Of a DNA stretch of 62,748 nucleotides, positions 11,401 through 24,400 are shown one piece after another. Position 1 is the first letter of the stretch, and every line of letters starts with the position of its first letter. Below the pieces are notes generated by a model, which searched no databases, was not told the origin of the DNA, and worked only from the letters and a program-made list of their open reading frames with translations. Source of the stretch: Octopus bimaculoides (taxonomy: Eukaryota); assembly GCF_001194135.2 (NCBI RefSeq), contig NC_068988.1, positions 41,314,626 to 41,377,373 of the forward strand. The letters run 5' to 3'. A program made the translations under genes and the position numbers.

Positions 11401-14400
11401 ATGTTTCCTCATTATATATGGAAGTTGTTGCTCTCCCATGTTCTCCAGTGATCTGATGATTCCTTTCCTTTCAATTATAGCTTCACAACTCCTTCGTATG
11501 GTAGAATGGAGTTGTGACTGTAAAGTAAAGAAACAAGAATATATAAGTAATCATTTCATCAGTTTGAGCTATCTTGTCTGCTACTCATCCAATTCTAAAA
11601 GACACGATTTCTAATAGAAGCACCAAGGTCACAATGTTACGACACAGGGAGAGAATATAGCTTAACATACCTACCAACATTTAACTGCTAATTTACTGAC
11701 TCTGGGAGCATGAAAGCAAAGTTAACCCAGTGCCACAGTTTCTAATTTCAGTAGACGGCCAGTAATTTTGTCCTTATGCCTGGCCTTGACTTCCCATGGT
11801 CCATACCTCTTCTTAAGGCATTCAATTAGAAAAATTCAAGAGGAACATTAACAACATCAATCTTATCAGTTCAAGTAAGCTCTGCAAAAGCCACAAGCAC
11901 AGCCCTTGTCTTCTAGACCCAGCTAGTAAAACAAAAAATTCTCATTAACATGGGCTAGTTGATTACAACAACTAACTTGAGTTCTTGATTAATACTTTAC
12001 TACATCAACCCTAAAAAGATGAAAAGCTGCCCAGAGGAGGATTTGAACTCAGAATGTAAGAAGCCAAAAGAAATATTGCAAGACATTTCCAAATCAAGTA
12101 TTAAGCACACTTAAGCACAAAGCCAGAAACTTAATAAAATGGTGCAGTCTATTAAATATTGTCAAGCTCTCGATCAGCCATGGTTTAGCAGATTTATAGT
12201 CAAAGACTTTTCAACCATGGCCCTCCTGTCTTTAGGAGTTCAATAAATATTTTGTCCTTCCTTTTTTACAGATGTAGAGTGTGAATTAAGGGAGATGTGG
12301 CTTCTATTTCTAGAAGGTAGAGGCTCCTTCATTAATTCTAATTTTTTGAGGTGAATATTTATTTAGCGAGATGAATATTTATACATGATTCTTTTTTGGG
12401 GCCCAAAACACCAGAAATTTTCATTTTTGTCAAAGTCAGCTGTTTTCTCCTTGGATGCTAGTCACATCATTTCAACTATTGTACTCTCTGACCTTCTTCA
12501 TAATGTTCTCAGAATAATGAGAATTCTTTATAACATCCATGGGGGTAACTTGATCCATTTACACATATGTTTCAAAAATTTCCAGGGTCAAAACAACTTA
12601 TCTTCGATTTCTCAAACATACAGATTAATATTGGTTTCCAATTGTGGCACAAGGCCAGCAATTTCTGGAGAGCAGGTAAGTCAATTATATTGATCCCAGT
12701 ACTCAATTGGCATTTATTTTATTAACCCCGAAAGCATGAAGGACAAAGCTGACTTTGGCAGAATTTGAACTCAGGACATAAGGATGGACAATGCACCACT
12801 ATGTATTTTGCCTGGCATGCTAATGATTCTGCTAGTTTGCTACCTTAACTCATAAATTAAAAATTGATTAGCTATTTTGTTTAGTTATACTATCATACAT
12901 TAAGCCTGCCTGAATAAATTCTAAATAACAACCACACAATGTTTAATTCAAAAAGTATATTTGCAGCATGTAATATACTGATACATTGGTACTAGTGTCC
13001 TTGTCTTGGTTGTTATAGTCACAACATTTCAACCATTGTACCTTCTGGCCTTCTGCATGCCTATCATAATGACCTTGGAATTCCGATCAGAATCCTTTAT
13101 AAATTTACAGCGAATATGTATAGGAATGGTAGTGTGGTTAACAAGTTTGCTTCCTAACCACATGGTTCTGGATTCAAGCCCACCGTGTGGAACCTTGGGC
13201 AAGTGCCTTCTATTATAGTCCCAGGTTGACCTAAATTTAATAAGTGAATCTGGTAGACAGAAAGTGAAAGAGACACATCATATATATTTTATTATCTTTA
13301 TCTTATGATATTTACTTTGTATTATATCATACTTATTTATTGTGCTTTTAATTATTAATTTTTCTATATGTGACTGGATTTTCATCGATGAGTTCATGTG
13401 TGTGTGTGTGTGTCTATGTCCTTCAACCAGTATTTAAAACAAAACCTAAAGTTGTTAATTTTCATTACCTGATTATGATGCAAGACAATCAGGTAATGAA
13501 TATAAAGGTTAAATGTCGCACAGTTTGTGGACATCAGTCCAATCCACAGATCTTTCAAACAATTGTATACTCAGGTATACTTTGATAAGAAACAGGTGAG
13601 GGTTGGCGACAGAAAGAGTATCTAGACATAGAAAATCTGCACCCCCACCCAAATTCTGTCCAACCTACGCAAGCATGGAAAAGTGAATGTTAAAATGATT
13701 ATGATGATGATAAAGGTGAACTATATCCATCCTTTTGTCCATATTAGGCTTATTCTATTATTCTCCTACTTAAGATGTTACCTAAACCTGAGTATAAATT
13801 GGTTGAAAGATCCGTGGATCGGACTCACGTCCACAAACTGTGCAACATTTAACCTTTATATTCATTATCCGATTGTCTTGTATCACAATTAAGTAATAAA
13901 AATTAATAACTTAAATTTAAAAAAAAAACCGGTTGCAAGTTAAATGTTCTTTTTTTCTTGTTTAAAAACTCCTACATCGTGTTCATCGCTATGCTAAGCC
14001 CAATGAGTCTGTAATGAAAAGCTCAACATATGAACGGATGCTTTCAGGGGTCATATAGCTCAGTGTTGTTCCCTCTCTATGATCTTGCTTCTGCTTCACA
14101 AAGATAGGCGTCTTTCCTCCCCCATCTGAAATGATCAACCTCAACTGTGCCTGTTTTTTCAATCTCTCCACGGTTCACGGCTTTTGGATGCTCCTCTAGC
14201 CTTACATTATAAGGGGCAGTTGGTCTAATCTTACTAAACTTAAGTCAAAACCGTAATCAAAAATGAAACCAGCAACACTGTGGAGTGTAGAAAAATAACT
14301 TAGCTTTCCTTAATTAACAAACGAATAAGTAAATGTGTCAAAAGGTAAACACTTCGCCTGTTCTGTTTTAAATGTGATGAACAGGACATATTTCTCTGGC

Positions 14401-14918
14401 GTCCAGGCATCATATACTATACACATTCCTAATTTTCTTCAACCAGAGTAACTTGGGATTTATAAAAGAAAGGCTTTATATTACTCAGAACATATGAAAC
14501 AGGGGCTATCTTAAAAGTCTGAAAACAAGCACAGACGTGGGACAAACTTACGAAAATTCTTTGGACAGATAAAGGGTTATGTTACTTTATTCTCTTAACA
14601 GCTCTGCATCATTACATCTTATAATATATATTTGGCTGTTTAGTCAGTGACTTCATCATTGACTAATTACATTTTAGCGAAAGAGAAAAATATTGCCAAC
14701 CTTAAAAGGCCAGAAAGCACAGGGGTGGATATTGTTGAAGGGCTAACGATTAAATATAGGATGCGAATTAATAATGAGAAATATATATTAGTAAACAATA
14801 AGATAACATCATTATCTCTGAATATAGCTAGATACTCAATGGAACAATCTAACATAAATAGAAAACTCACCCTATTTAATGCCGATCTCATAATTAAAAA
14901 CAATTGGTATCCAGGCAT
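6660..14918 (-). CDS. MRPS6: 28S mitochondrial ribosomal protein S6 (bS6m), complete spliced CDS, 147 aa
   Basis: Exons 14918-14871 (48 nt), 11517-11378 (140 nt), 6915-6660 (256 nt), all GT-AG and in frame. Protein MPGYQLFLIMRSALNR|SQLHSTIRRSCEAIIERKGIIRSLENMGEQQLPYIMRKHQQVHREGR|YFLINFDSPTDKITDLSEYLQRDVDIVRPGII... matches the bS6m pattern I recall (MPxYEL..., RxLENLGE..LPY, GxYFLxxF, LxRDxDVIR). Confidence 0.93.
7230..7500 (+). mobile_element. CR1/L2-like LINE fragment
   Basis: EHCPHIWDNAA motif; related to 40350-40620(-) and 24400-24720(+). Confidence 0.55.
7810..8020 (+). mobile_element. SINE (third family, GCCGGGCAAAATGCTTAGCGG...GAGTTCAAATTCCGCC)
   Basis: B-box GAGTTCAAATTCC; related copies near 12630-12850(-), 20110-20280, 59870-60015(-). 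Confidence 0.7.
8445..10620 (+). mobile_element. 5'-truncated RTE-clade LINE: reverse transcriptase with in-frame stops, spans a gap, plus 3'UTR
   Basis: KASGPSGITAEMLK, KGKGD...NYRGI, MQFGFVPG..TTDAIFLVRQLQEK, AFVDMEKAFDR, RGRPRKTWDEVV; TGA/TAG interruptions; lies in MRPS6 intron 2, antisense. Confidence 0.9.
11089..11308. mobile_element. piggyBac-type MITE, 220 bp
   Basis: TTAA target duplication (11085-88, 11309-12) and TIR CCCTTTAGCATT / AATGCTAAAGGG. Confidence 0.85.
11378..11517 (-). CDS. MRPS6: MRPS6 coding exon 2
   Basis: CAG acceptor, 140 nt, SQLHS...HREG, GTAATA donor, phase 2. Confidence 0.93.
13449..13912. repeat. Inverted repeat, arms about 128 bp (13449-13576 / 13786-13912)
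   Basis: Manual alignment gives about 15 differences in 128 nt; spacer contains an RTE tail. Confidence 0.9.
13960..14200 (-). mobile_element. Penelope-like GIY-YIG endonuclease C-terminal fragment
   Basis: RLEEHPKAVNRGEIEK, then degenerate KIIEREQH...LK.SVHM. Confidence 0.6.
14871..14918 (-). CDS. MRPS6: MRPS6 first coding exon
   Basis: ATG CCT GGA TAC ... AAT AGG then GTGAGT donor, phase 0. Confidence 0.88.
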
Positions 14919-15129
14919 GATTCCTCTCTACTTTGTTGATATGATGGCCATGCGAGAACATGTAAAGTATGGTAGCACAAACAAGCTATAAAATTTATTT
15001 CATGACAGAACCTGTCTCTTAATAGAAAATACGTAGAGCATATGATTTGATTTGATTTGATCTAGTTTCAGCTCATGAGCTGTGGCCATGCTGGGGGCAC
15101 CACCATTTGGTGTTGCTACACAATTTTAC

Positions 15130-15540
15130 TTCACGAATGCTTTTTAGGAATTGATATTTGGTGCATGAAGGAGTTTGATGCCGCTGCCCTCATCTACACC
15201 TCCTGCCGCGAAGATGGCTCATCTGGGACATTTGACAGTAAGAGGTCCAGCTTTATTTTGAAGACACCTACGCCCACCCCATGCAGGTTTCTCGGGTCTT
15301 TCGGGAGGATATTGAAGAGTTGTGGTCCTCTGAAGCCCAGGCACTTGCAGTATCTTGTCCTATACTTTGATGGCAAGGCTCTTGCAGTATCTTGTCCTAT
15401 ATCTTGATGGCAAATTTGGATTTCTTGGCACTATGCAGTGGCGCCCAGTTCTAGTATTTTGTAACTCTCGATACCAAAGTTTGGGACAAGTCTCTCCAGG
15501 ATCTTCCAGATGCATATTATGGCATATCTTTCTCGCCTAC
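15130..15540 (-). mobile_element. LINE (CR1/L2-like) ORF2 C-terminal fragment
   Basis: LGFRGPQLFNILPKDPRNLHGVGVGVFKIKLDLLLSNVPDEP. Confidence 0.6.
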
Positions 15541-18385
15541 GCTCTAAGGAATTAAGGAATAGAGTCTTAATCTCTTATATATATATATATANNNNNNNNN
15601 NNNNNNNNNNNNNNNNNNNNNNNNNNNNNNNNNNNNNNNNNNNNNNNNNNNNNNNNNNNNNNNNNNNNNNNNNNNNNNNNNNNNNNNNNNNNNNNNNNNN
15701 NNNNNNNNNNNNNNNNNNNNNNNNNNNNNNNNNNNNNNNNNNNNNNNNNNNNNNNNNNNNNNNNNNNNNNNNNNNNNNNNNNNNNNNNNNNNNNNNNNNN
15801 NNNNNNNNNNNNNNNNNNNNNNNNNNNNNNNNNNNNNNNNNNNNNNNNNNNNNNNNNNNNNNNNNNNNNNNNNNNNNNNNNNNNNNNNNNNGGTAAAAAC
15901 CAACCTTTTCTTTTTAATTCCTTTCGAAACAAATGTTTTAAATCTTACTCAATTCCTGAAGAATATCACATTGTTGCAAAAAAATGTATTTTAGCTACCA
16001 TATACTGAATTTTCAGAATCATTTCTTTCGTTCAACCGAAAAGTACTCTTACGAATATGCCCTCTAAATTATTTCGGTCACGGTTTATCATAGACACTAT
16101 GTATCTGTTTAAAATTGTTTATTTGCTCCTATTTTACCTGCCACAAATACCATTCTTTAACCATAGTTCTGTACTTTATTTTTTGTGAAACAATTTCTAC
16201 CTATCCATTTTTTTAGTACTTAGTAACTACCCTATATTGACCTCCCTTGTTACAAGGTAATAGAGGTCATATTCCACCAGCTTCACGTAATCACTCATTA
16301 CTCATGTTAATAAAATACCAGTAAGATATTCGTGTACATGAACAAGAGAAATCTATAGATCTGTCAGTTTTACTGTTGTTTTTATTTCTGTTTTATATTT
16401 GTATCTAGCGTTATAACTATTTTGACGTTCCATGATTTTATAACCTACTTCCATCGAGGGCAACTGGGTTTTTCAACGCCAGGTTGATAAATTGATACAA
16501 TTAATAAATAGAAATCAAGAAATTTGTGTTGGTCTCTCACGGACGGAGCACTTCACCCTTAACATCAGGTTTATCCTTTCACAGTATATGAACTTACCAG
16601 TTAATATAACCCAGGTGAAGATCTTTATATTGACCAACTTACCTAAATCCGCTAACTTTGATAAAAATGTTATTACTTACTGGCGGTATACTTAAAGAAA
16701 TATTATTTCCTCTAAATTAATGGAGAATCTTTAAGTTTTGTTGCAGAACCTTAAAGAAACGTACAGAAATTTATGAACAAAATTAAAAGTTTGCAAATTG
16801 AAATAATATTAATCACGAAGCATGCTTCCCCTAATGAAGTTAACGTCAATATGTATATATAAAACCGAACATTTAGTTTGTCTTTTTATTATAACATCAT
16901 AAACTACACAAAATTTACACGTGTTTCACTAGCAAATACAAATAGGTTGTGTATAGGTTGATAAATGCATAATCACATTGAACTCGTACACGTCGAAAGT
17001 TCTTAAATTCCTGCCTTCATGGTTCGAACTTTGAAGAGTACTGAATAACGTCTAGTATTCCATTGGTTTCTGAAAATTTGGTTTTTGCCATCATCATTTT
17101 AACTCCATTTCCCATGTAGATATGGGTTAGACAAATTGCCATGGTCCAAGCCATTTCGTATTGTGAACTACTGCTTCTAAAGACCGATATGTTGCTAGTA
17201 GTCATCATTTGGTTTGGTTTCTAAGCCTTGATACCCTTGCTATTGAACACCACTTCACAAAGTGCACTAGATACATTTCTTGTGGCAGCATCACTAGAGA
17301 AGATGAATAGACTTCAAAATATGTTAAACGAGGATGTTGCTACTCTACCTTTTAGAAAAAAAAAGTAAGGTCACTGGGTAATGAAGTCCTTGCTATGCTC
17401 TTTGAAAAAATACAAAAATCATTTAACCATAGATTTGTTTTTGATTAAGAGTTCACCTTGAGGTAAACAATAACTCTGAACCTTGTAAAATGTGTAGTCC
17501 TATACTAAGTATTCATTTTGATAAGTATGTTTTTATATATATGGGTCTATGGCATAGACTCTATGCCATTATTAATCTTGTAGATGTCATAAAATGATTG
17601 CTAAACAAAACAGCATTTTACAGGCTTTCTTATAGCAGCATAGAGATCGTATCATTGATTAAAGTTTTCTGCTACATATTAAAATCTGTTGATGTTGCAA
17701 AATTATGAAAAGTTTTGATTGAAAAACTAACACATTAAGTATAGTACATGTGAATGTCATATGCAGGTCTTGCTCTGTTAAATAGAAATGAAGGGGTTTT
17801 TTTTGTGTGTGTGTGTTATAATTTACAGTTCCTCATTTTATTAGTTATGAATTTAAGACTGTTACTGAAATTTGTTTAACCCTTTGCTCAGCAGGTACTT
17901 TTTCACTTACCCTAGCAGCCGAAAAACAGTCCCCCATTTCCTTCTATAAGACCTTAGTTAATAAACATTTCAGACTTATTTATTGGCTACCTTACCCTCT
18001 GTAATTGTCAGTTTTGTATCGTCATTGTAGGGTGACGTCAGTGTTGTGCTGAGTAAATTGTATACATCTCACTAATACATTTTTCCTATTTTGGTATCAT
18101 CCCTGATTTAGAATTATACCTGATACTCTTGCTTGTAATTAACAATAGAAAAGTGTGTTGCTTCTTGCGACTCTAGTTCAGGCACAGGCTCTCATCATCA
18201 GGGATGCTACACTATTAAAAAAAAAAATGCAAGTTTTTCATGCTACATACAGAAGTTTGTCCATGACTGCTCTAGGTATTTGCATTCTGTTTACTTTGAT
18301 TTCAACATTTTTTCTCTTTTTTTTTTTAGATGTATCATTTTATAACATTTTCTAATACCTTTTTTTTGTAAAATCTTGTTTTCAG

Positions 18386-18430
18386 GTGAGGCAGTTTGCA
18401 ACATCTTCCTTGAGACACAAACTTGTAAAG
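18386..18430 (+). CDS. ATP5PO: ATP5PO exon (presequence part, [15 protein letters not shown])
   Basis: TTTTCAG acceptor, 45 nt, GTATTT donor; resembles human VRCFSTSVVRPFAKLVR. Confidence 0.85.
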
Positions 18431-21400
18431 GTATTTATTTCATTATTATTATTTCTGGTTACAGTTTTTCTTTCTTCTAGACTCTCTGAAATAACTATCA
18501 GTTCTTCTGGGCTGGCTCCATGTCATCTCTTATCAACAAAACCTATGACCATCCTGCCTTCTTTTTTTAATCCCTTGTAATAAGCATTCATTCCAGCACC
18601 ACATAAAAGGGCTGTGAAAGAGCAGTTGTGTCAGTGTCATATAAAAAGTGCCCATGCTGGCATTTTGTAAAAAACACCCAGTACACTCTATAAAGTGATT
18701 GGCATTAGGAAGGGCATCTAACTATAGAAACCATGCCAAACCAGACGACTGGAGTCTGATGCAGCCCTCTGGCTTGTCAGCTCCTAGCAAACTGTCCAAC
18801 CCATGCCAGCATGGAAACAGATTGTCAATGATGATGATGATGATGATGATGATGATGTAGCATATCTAAACATACTTTATCTAATATAAATGTCATGACC
18901 TGCAATTTCTTTTCTGAGTAGAGTGATTGTATTAAAAACACTGGATCATGATGATGATATAAGTTACAAGCGGCAAAGCAGTGCACTTGACCTCTTCTGG
19001 CTATCCCCTATTGAAGAGATTATGTTGACTAAAGCCCTGCTTAAATGCTTACAATGAAGACACATAGCTTAGTGATTAGGGTTTTCAGCACATAATTACA
19101 GGATTATGAGTTCAATTCCCAGCAGCACATTGTATCCTTGAGCAAGGCATTTTATTTTACATTGCTCGAGTTCACTCAGCTGGCAAAAATGAGTCGTGCC
19201 TGTATTTCAAAGAGCCACATACTGAATCTCCCTAAGAGCTATGTTAAGTGTATGCTGTTAGGGATGAGATGACCAAAAGTTTTTTTAGTGTATGGCATTT
19301 GATCTATCATATCCCTGAAAAGTTAGTCTCTTCCATGTGTGCATTTTTTGCTTGTGTTTGTTGTTTAACAGGTGGTTTTTGTTTTGCAGATTGTTATAAC
19401 TCTTATACAAGTAAAACCAGTTACAAGTTCTTTCCTTCTTTGCTGGAATTTAGTGGGTTATAATTTATTAGTCTTGTACTCAAGGCCTAAATCACAATTA
19501 CAGTTACAACGTACACCTGTCTGTGGTATGCTCAGCCACTTGCATGTTAATTTCATGAGCAAGCTGTTGCATTGATCCGATCAACTGGAACCCTCACCAT
19601 TGTAACCAACAGAGTGCCAGTTAGCCTAAACGCTTGCAGGTAAAGTTGATAAACTTTGCTACTGGTTATAATATTGAACTGGACAGCCTTTTAGGCCTAC
19701 AATTTTCCTCTACTATTTCTGATTCTTAAGAACTGTGACTGAAGGGAATCAATCACTGGATAATATGCATTATTTCAATGAGCCCTTGCACAAATAAATA
19801 TTGAAGTACTGAACTCTCAATGTGTTCTTACAATTTAATGATTTTGATTTTTCTGTTTTATGTTCTTTTTACTGCGAGTTTGTAATCTTAATTTATACTG
19901 ATTTATAACTTTGCAGGCCCCTGTGCAAGTATTTGGCATTGAAGGCCGATATGCCACAGCTCTCTACTCTGCTGCAACAAAAGAGAACAAGCTTGATCTT
20001 GTACAGAAAGATCTTACTGCACTCAAGGTAAATCCTTAATAACATGAAATTTATATTAAAATGATATATTTCTTAGATTTTCATAGTTAGATCCTTTTAT
20101 TATATCTGTCTCTAAAGGCAACGAATGGCAGAATTTTTAAAGCATCAAACAAAATGCTTAGAAGCATTTCTTCACATTCTTTACATTCTTAGTTGTCATT
20201 CTAATAAGAACACTGTTGCCTCTCATCATTTTGAGGTTGATAAAATAAGTATATGTTGGACACTAGGGTCAATGTAATTGACTTATCTCTTCTTCTCTAA
20301 AACTGCTGGACTTATGTCTAAATTTGAAATTTATATTAGTCTGTTTTTGCCAAACTACTTGATTACAGAGGACATAAACAAAACAGTGCTGGTTGTCGCA
20401 TTGAAACCAAACACAAAGACACTTATGTACGTAAATGAGGGTGTGTGCCTGTGTGGTTCTGGCTCATCCCCAACAGTATAAACACTTGGTTGGTGTCTTC
20501 ACCTATGGCTGCAGATTGACCAGTACCTTGTGACTGGAATTTGGTTGATAGAAATTGGAAGCAATCTCTTGTATACATATACGTATATTAATTACTTGTA
20601 GGGACACTGTATGTACCAGCTGCCAGGAATGTGTTAAATATGGAGAATTGGTATATCCAATAGTGTTACGCTGCTATATTTTGTAGCTATTTAAGCAATG
20701 AGTTCATGGATGGTTGATGGGTTGGATATGGTACTGAATAAAGAAGAGCAACAACTCTTGAGATATGCATATACACCCATTATCTAGTTTTCCAGCTTCA
20801 ATCAAATTGTTTACATTAGATGTATTTGAATATGAAGCAGTGTAACAAATTAGTGCCTGCTATAATTTCTACAGAAAATCTGTAGAGATAATCTTAAAAG
20901 TGATGTATGTGTGTATATCTGGCATTAGGAAGGGCATCTAGCCATAGAGATCTTGCTAAGCAGACAATGAAGACCAACATAGACCTCAGACCAGTAAAAT
21001 CTGCCAACTCATGCTAGGGTAGGACACAAATATTGATTAATGATGATATGTTCCTCTTGTCCTTACACAAGCATAGTATTTGTAAAAAAAGAGTAAAGCC
21101 CTCATACAAAGTGTGAAGAATTACTGGAAATATTACCTTTACTTGGAAACAAGTGGGTTTGTATAAAAAAAAAACAATGACATGGCATGTGGGAAGAAGC
21201 TTGGTTCCCAACCGCACAGTTCCANNNNNNNNNNNNNNNNNNNNNNNNNNNNNNNNNNNNNNNNNNNNNNNNNNNNNNNNNNNNNNNNNNNNNNNNNNNN
21301 NNNNNNNNNNNNNNNNNNNNNNNNNNNNNNNNNNNNNNNNNNNNNNNNNNNNNNNNNNNNNNNNNNNNNNNNNNNNNNNNNNNNNNNNNNNNNNNNNNNN

Positions 21401-24400
21401 NNNNNNNNNNNNNNNNNNNNNNNNNNNNNNNNNNNNNNNNNNNNNNNNNNNNNNNNNNNNNNNNNNNNNNNNNNNNNNNNNNNNNNNNNNNNNNNNNNNN
21501 NNNNNNNNNNNNNNNNNNNNNNNNNNNNNNNNNNNNNNNNNNNNNNNNNNNNNNNNNNNNNNNNNNNNNNNNNNNNNNNNNNNNNNNNNNNNNNNNNNNN
21601 NNNNNNNNNNNNNNNNNNNNNNNNNNNNNNNNNNNNNNNNNNNNNNNNNNNNNNNNNNNNNNNNNNNNNNNNNNNNNNNNNNNNNNNNNNNNNTAAAGCC
21701 CTCATACAAAGTGTGAAGAATTACTGGAAATATTACCTTTACTTGGAAACAAGTGGGTTTGTATAAAAAAAAAACAATGACATGGCATGTGGGAAGAAGC
21801 TTGGTTCCCAACCGCACAGTTCCAGGTTCAGTCCCACTGTGTGCTGCCTTGGGCCAACCAAAGCCTTGTGAGTGGATTTGGTAGACGGAAACTGAAAGAA
21901 GCCTATCGTATATATGTATATATATATGTATGTGTGTGTGTCTCTGTTTGTCCCCCCCAACATCGCTTGACAACCGATGCTGGTGTGTTTACGTCCCTGT
22001 AACTTAGCGGTTCTGCTAGAGATCGATAGAATAAGTACTAGGCTTACAAAGAATAAGTCCTGGGGTCGATTAGCTCGACTAAAGGGCGGTGCTCCAGCAT
22101 GGCCACAGTCAAATGACTGAAACAAGTAAAAAAAAAGAGTAATCCATCTTAAACTCATGACCATAAATAATATTAACTGAATTGTGGGTGTCACATATAG
22201 AGAACTTGCTTTATTGAACAACATGTATTTTAAATATTAAGTTTGCAAAGTGTGTTTCAAAGTGAATAATATCATTTAACTTGTATGTAAGAAAAAAAAT
22301 TATTTACTTTCTACCCTGCCATTTTCCAGCTGCCTTGGTTAGTGTTGCTCAGAAGATGAAATACAACAATCTTGTAGTGAACCTCCTTGGTGAGTAAATC
22401 AATAATATTTGATATCTTTGAATTTCCAATCTCTGTAATACCTCAGATTTAACAGAGGTGTAATTACTCTTCCCAATAACTACTCATTTGAACATTGTTG
22501 TCTATTTTACAAACAATAAGTTTTGTCTAAAATTTGTAATAAAAAATTTTAAAAAAGCAATTGGTATTTGAATGTAAATGGTATTTTAGATTGTTTGATA
22601 GATTTAGTTGTAATAATTAATAAAAGTAGACATTTCGAGGTAAAATGAACATTGTTTATTCTTATTTGTGTATTTTTTATTAATAATACTATGAAGAATC
22701 TATTCTCCCTTTCATTCACTTCGATATCAACAAGAAAATCTGTATTTAGATCCTCAAAGGGATTTTAACTCATTATGTAGGTGAACTTTAGCAGAAAGGA
22801 GTGATGGTTAGCAGTGGTAAACATGTGTGAGAGTTAGGGAAAAAAGTGATGAAAGTAAGTAACAAAGAATAATGGCATAGACAGAGCCAATGAAATGCCA
22901 TCTCTGGTTAAACAGGTGGTATCTTGGATGAATGATAGTGATAATAGGGAGGCACATTGATAGGTAAGGATATGAATGATATATGGGAGAGTAACAAAGA
23001 GAGGAGGAGTACAGCATATTGAAACTTGATATAAGTGTAGATATTATACATACCAATCACTACCACCTTCATCATTATGTCTGTTTCATATTTGCATAAG
23101 TTTGGGTTGTTTTAAGTATTAATGCATATATGTGTAGATCTGTGTGTAGACATCTGCATTTTCGTGTGTGCACATATACACGCTAAAATGAAGATGTATG
23201 CACACAAATATACACAGGTTTATATATCTACATGTATCTGTTTACCTCCTCTTGTGTGTGAGTGTGTGCATATGTTTATAACAAAGATGAAGAAAGCTAT
23301 ACTAAATAAAAGATAAAATTCTTGGTTTATTAAAATAATCTTTGTTTCAAAAGAAGGCAAAACAAATGGCGAGGGGAAATTGTGACCAACTGTAAATGAA
23401 GAGCGATAATCTCTGGAATTCTCCAAAACAGACAAAAGGAAATGACCATCTGTTTTCTTTTATTAGACATGGGATCTACTGAATACATGCTTCTACCTCA
23501 GTAGGCATCATTATCACAGTTGTTGTCCTACATTGACTTCAACTGGACATATAAAATTTAAACATCTATAAAACATGCAGACAACCTTTTTGGCCAACGG
23601 CAATTTGAAATTGCCATTAGGCACTTGCTTACCTTCTCTCAAAGAAATGTTCATTAAATTAATTCATCTTGTATGGCCTTCATGGTCCTTATTGTCCTTA
23701 TTCAAAACACTGGCTCCTCTGAATTATTTCTGAATTGTCCTGTCTGTGTATATAAGGTGTAGACATGGCTGTGTGATTAAGAAGCTTGCTTCCCTACCAT
23801 GTTGTCTTGGGTTCAGTTCCACTGTGCAGCACTTTAATTTAGGCCTGCAAAACTAGGTCCTCAATTGACAAACCTAGCTATTGAATACTATTAGTGCACA
23901 ATATCCTGCCTAACCAAATGAACTTAAATCCTAAAATAATCTGTGATTTGATACACTTCTTTCCTGACTAAGATCTTTTATGGCTGAATTTTTGAGTAAA
24001 AGAAAAATTAATTGTGAATTCTATATCTTTAGATTTCATTATCATAGTTAATTTTATTCAGTAGGGTGGGCATCTGTTCGTAGGAAAATTTGTCTCAATG
24101 AATTCTGTCTGACCCATGCTGGCATGAAGTAGTGGAAGTTACAACACTGATGATGATTACTATATTATAGTATGATATATTATTATTAATTTCAGGAGCT
24201 CTCTCTGAAAACGGACGTATCCAGAAGCTCTCAGGTGTCATTAATGCATTTGAAACCATCATGAGTTCTCACAGAGGTGAAGTGCCCTGCACTGTTACCA
24301 CAGCTAAGGTATGTAAATAGTTGCAGAATTGATATATGCTGTAGTCACTTCAGAAATGCCACCTTAGTAACTACCTCAAAGTCGGTAGTGGGCATCTCAC

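Noticed and set aside
14647-14991. 114-aa plus-strand ORF
   Set aside because: Antisense shadow over MRPS6 exon 1 in AT-rich DNA, with no recognisable motif.
16451-16482. ATP5PO exon 1 candidate ending ...CAA CGC CAG|GT (like human SRQ|V)
   Set aside because: The only upstream in-frame ATG is followed by TAA; it would need sequence errors to work.
17017-17208. 63-aa minus-strand ORF between MRPS6 and ATP5PO
   Set aside because: No homology recognised; other frames contain several stops; expected by chance.
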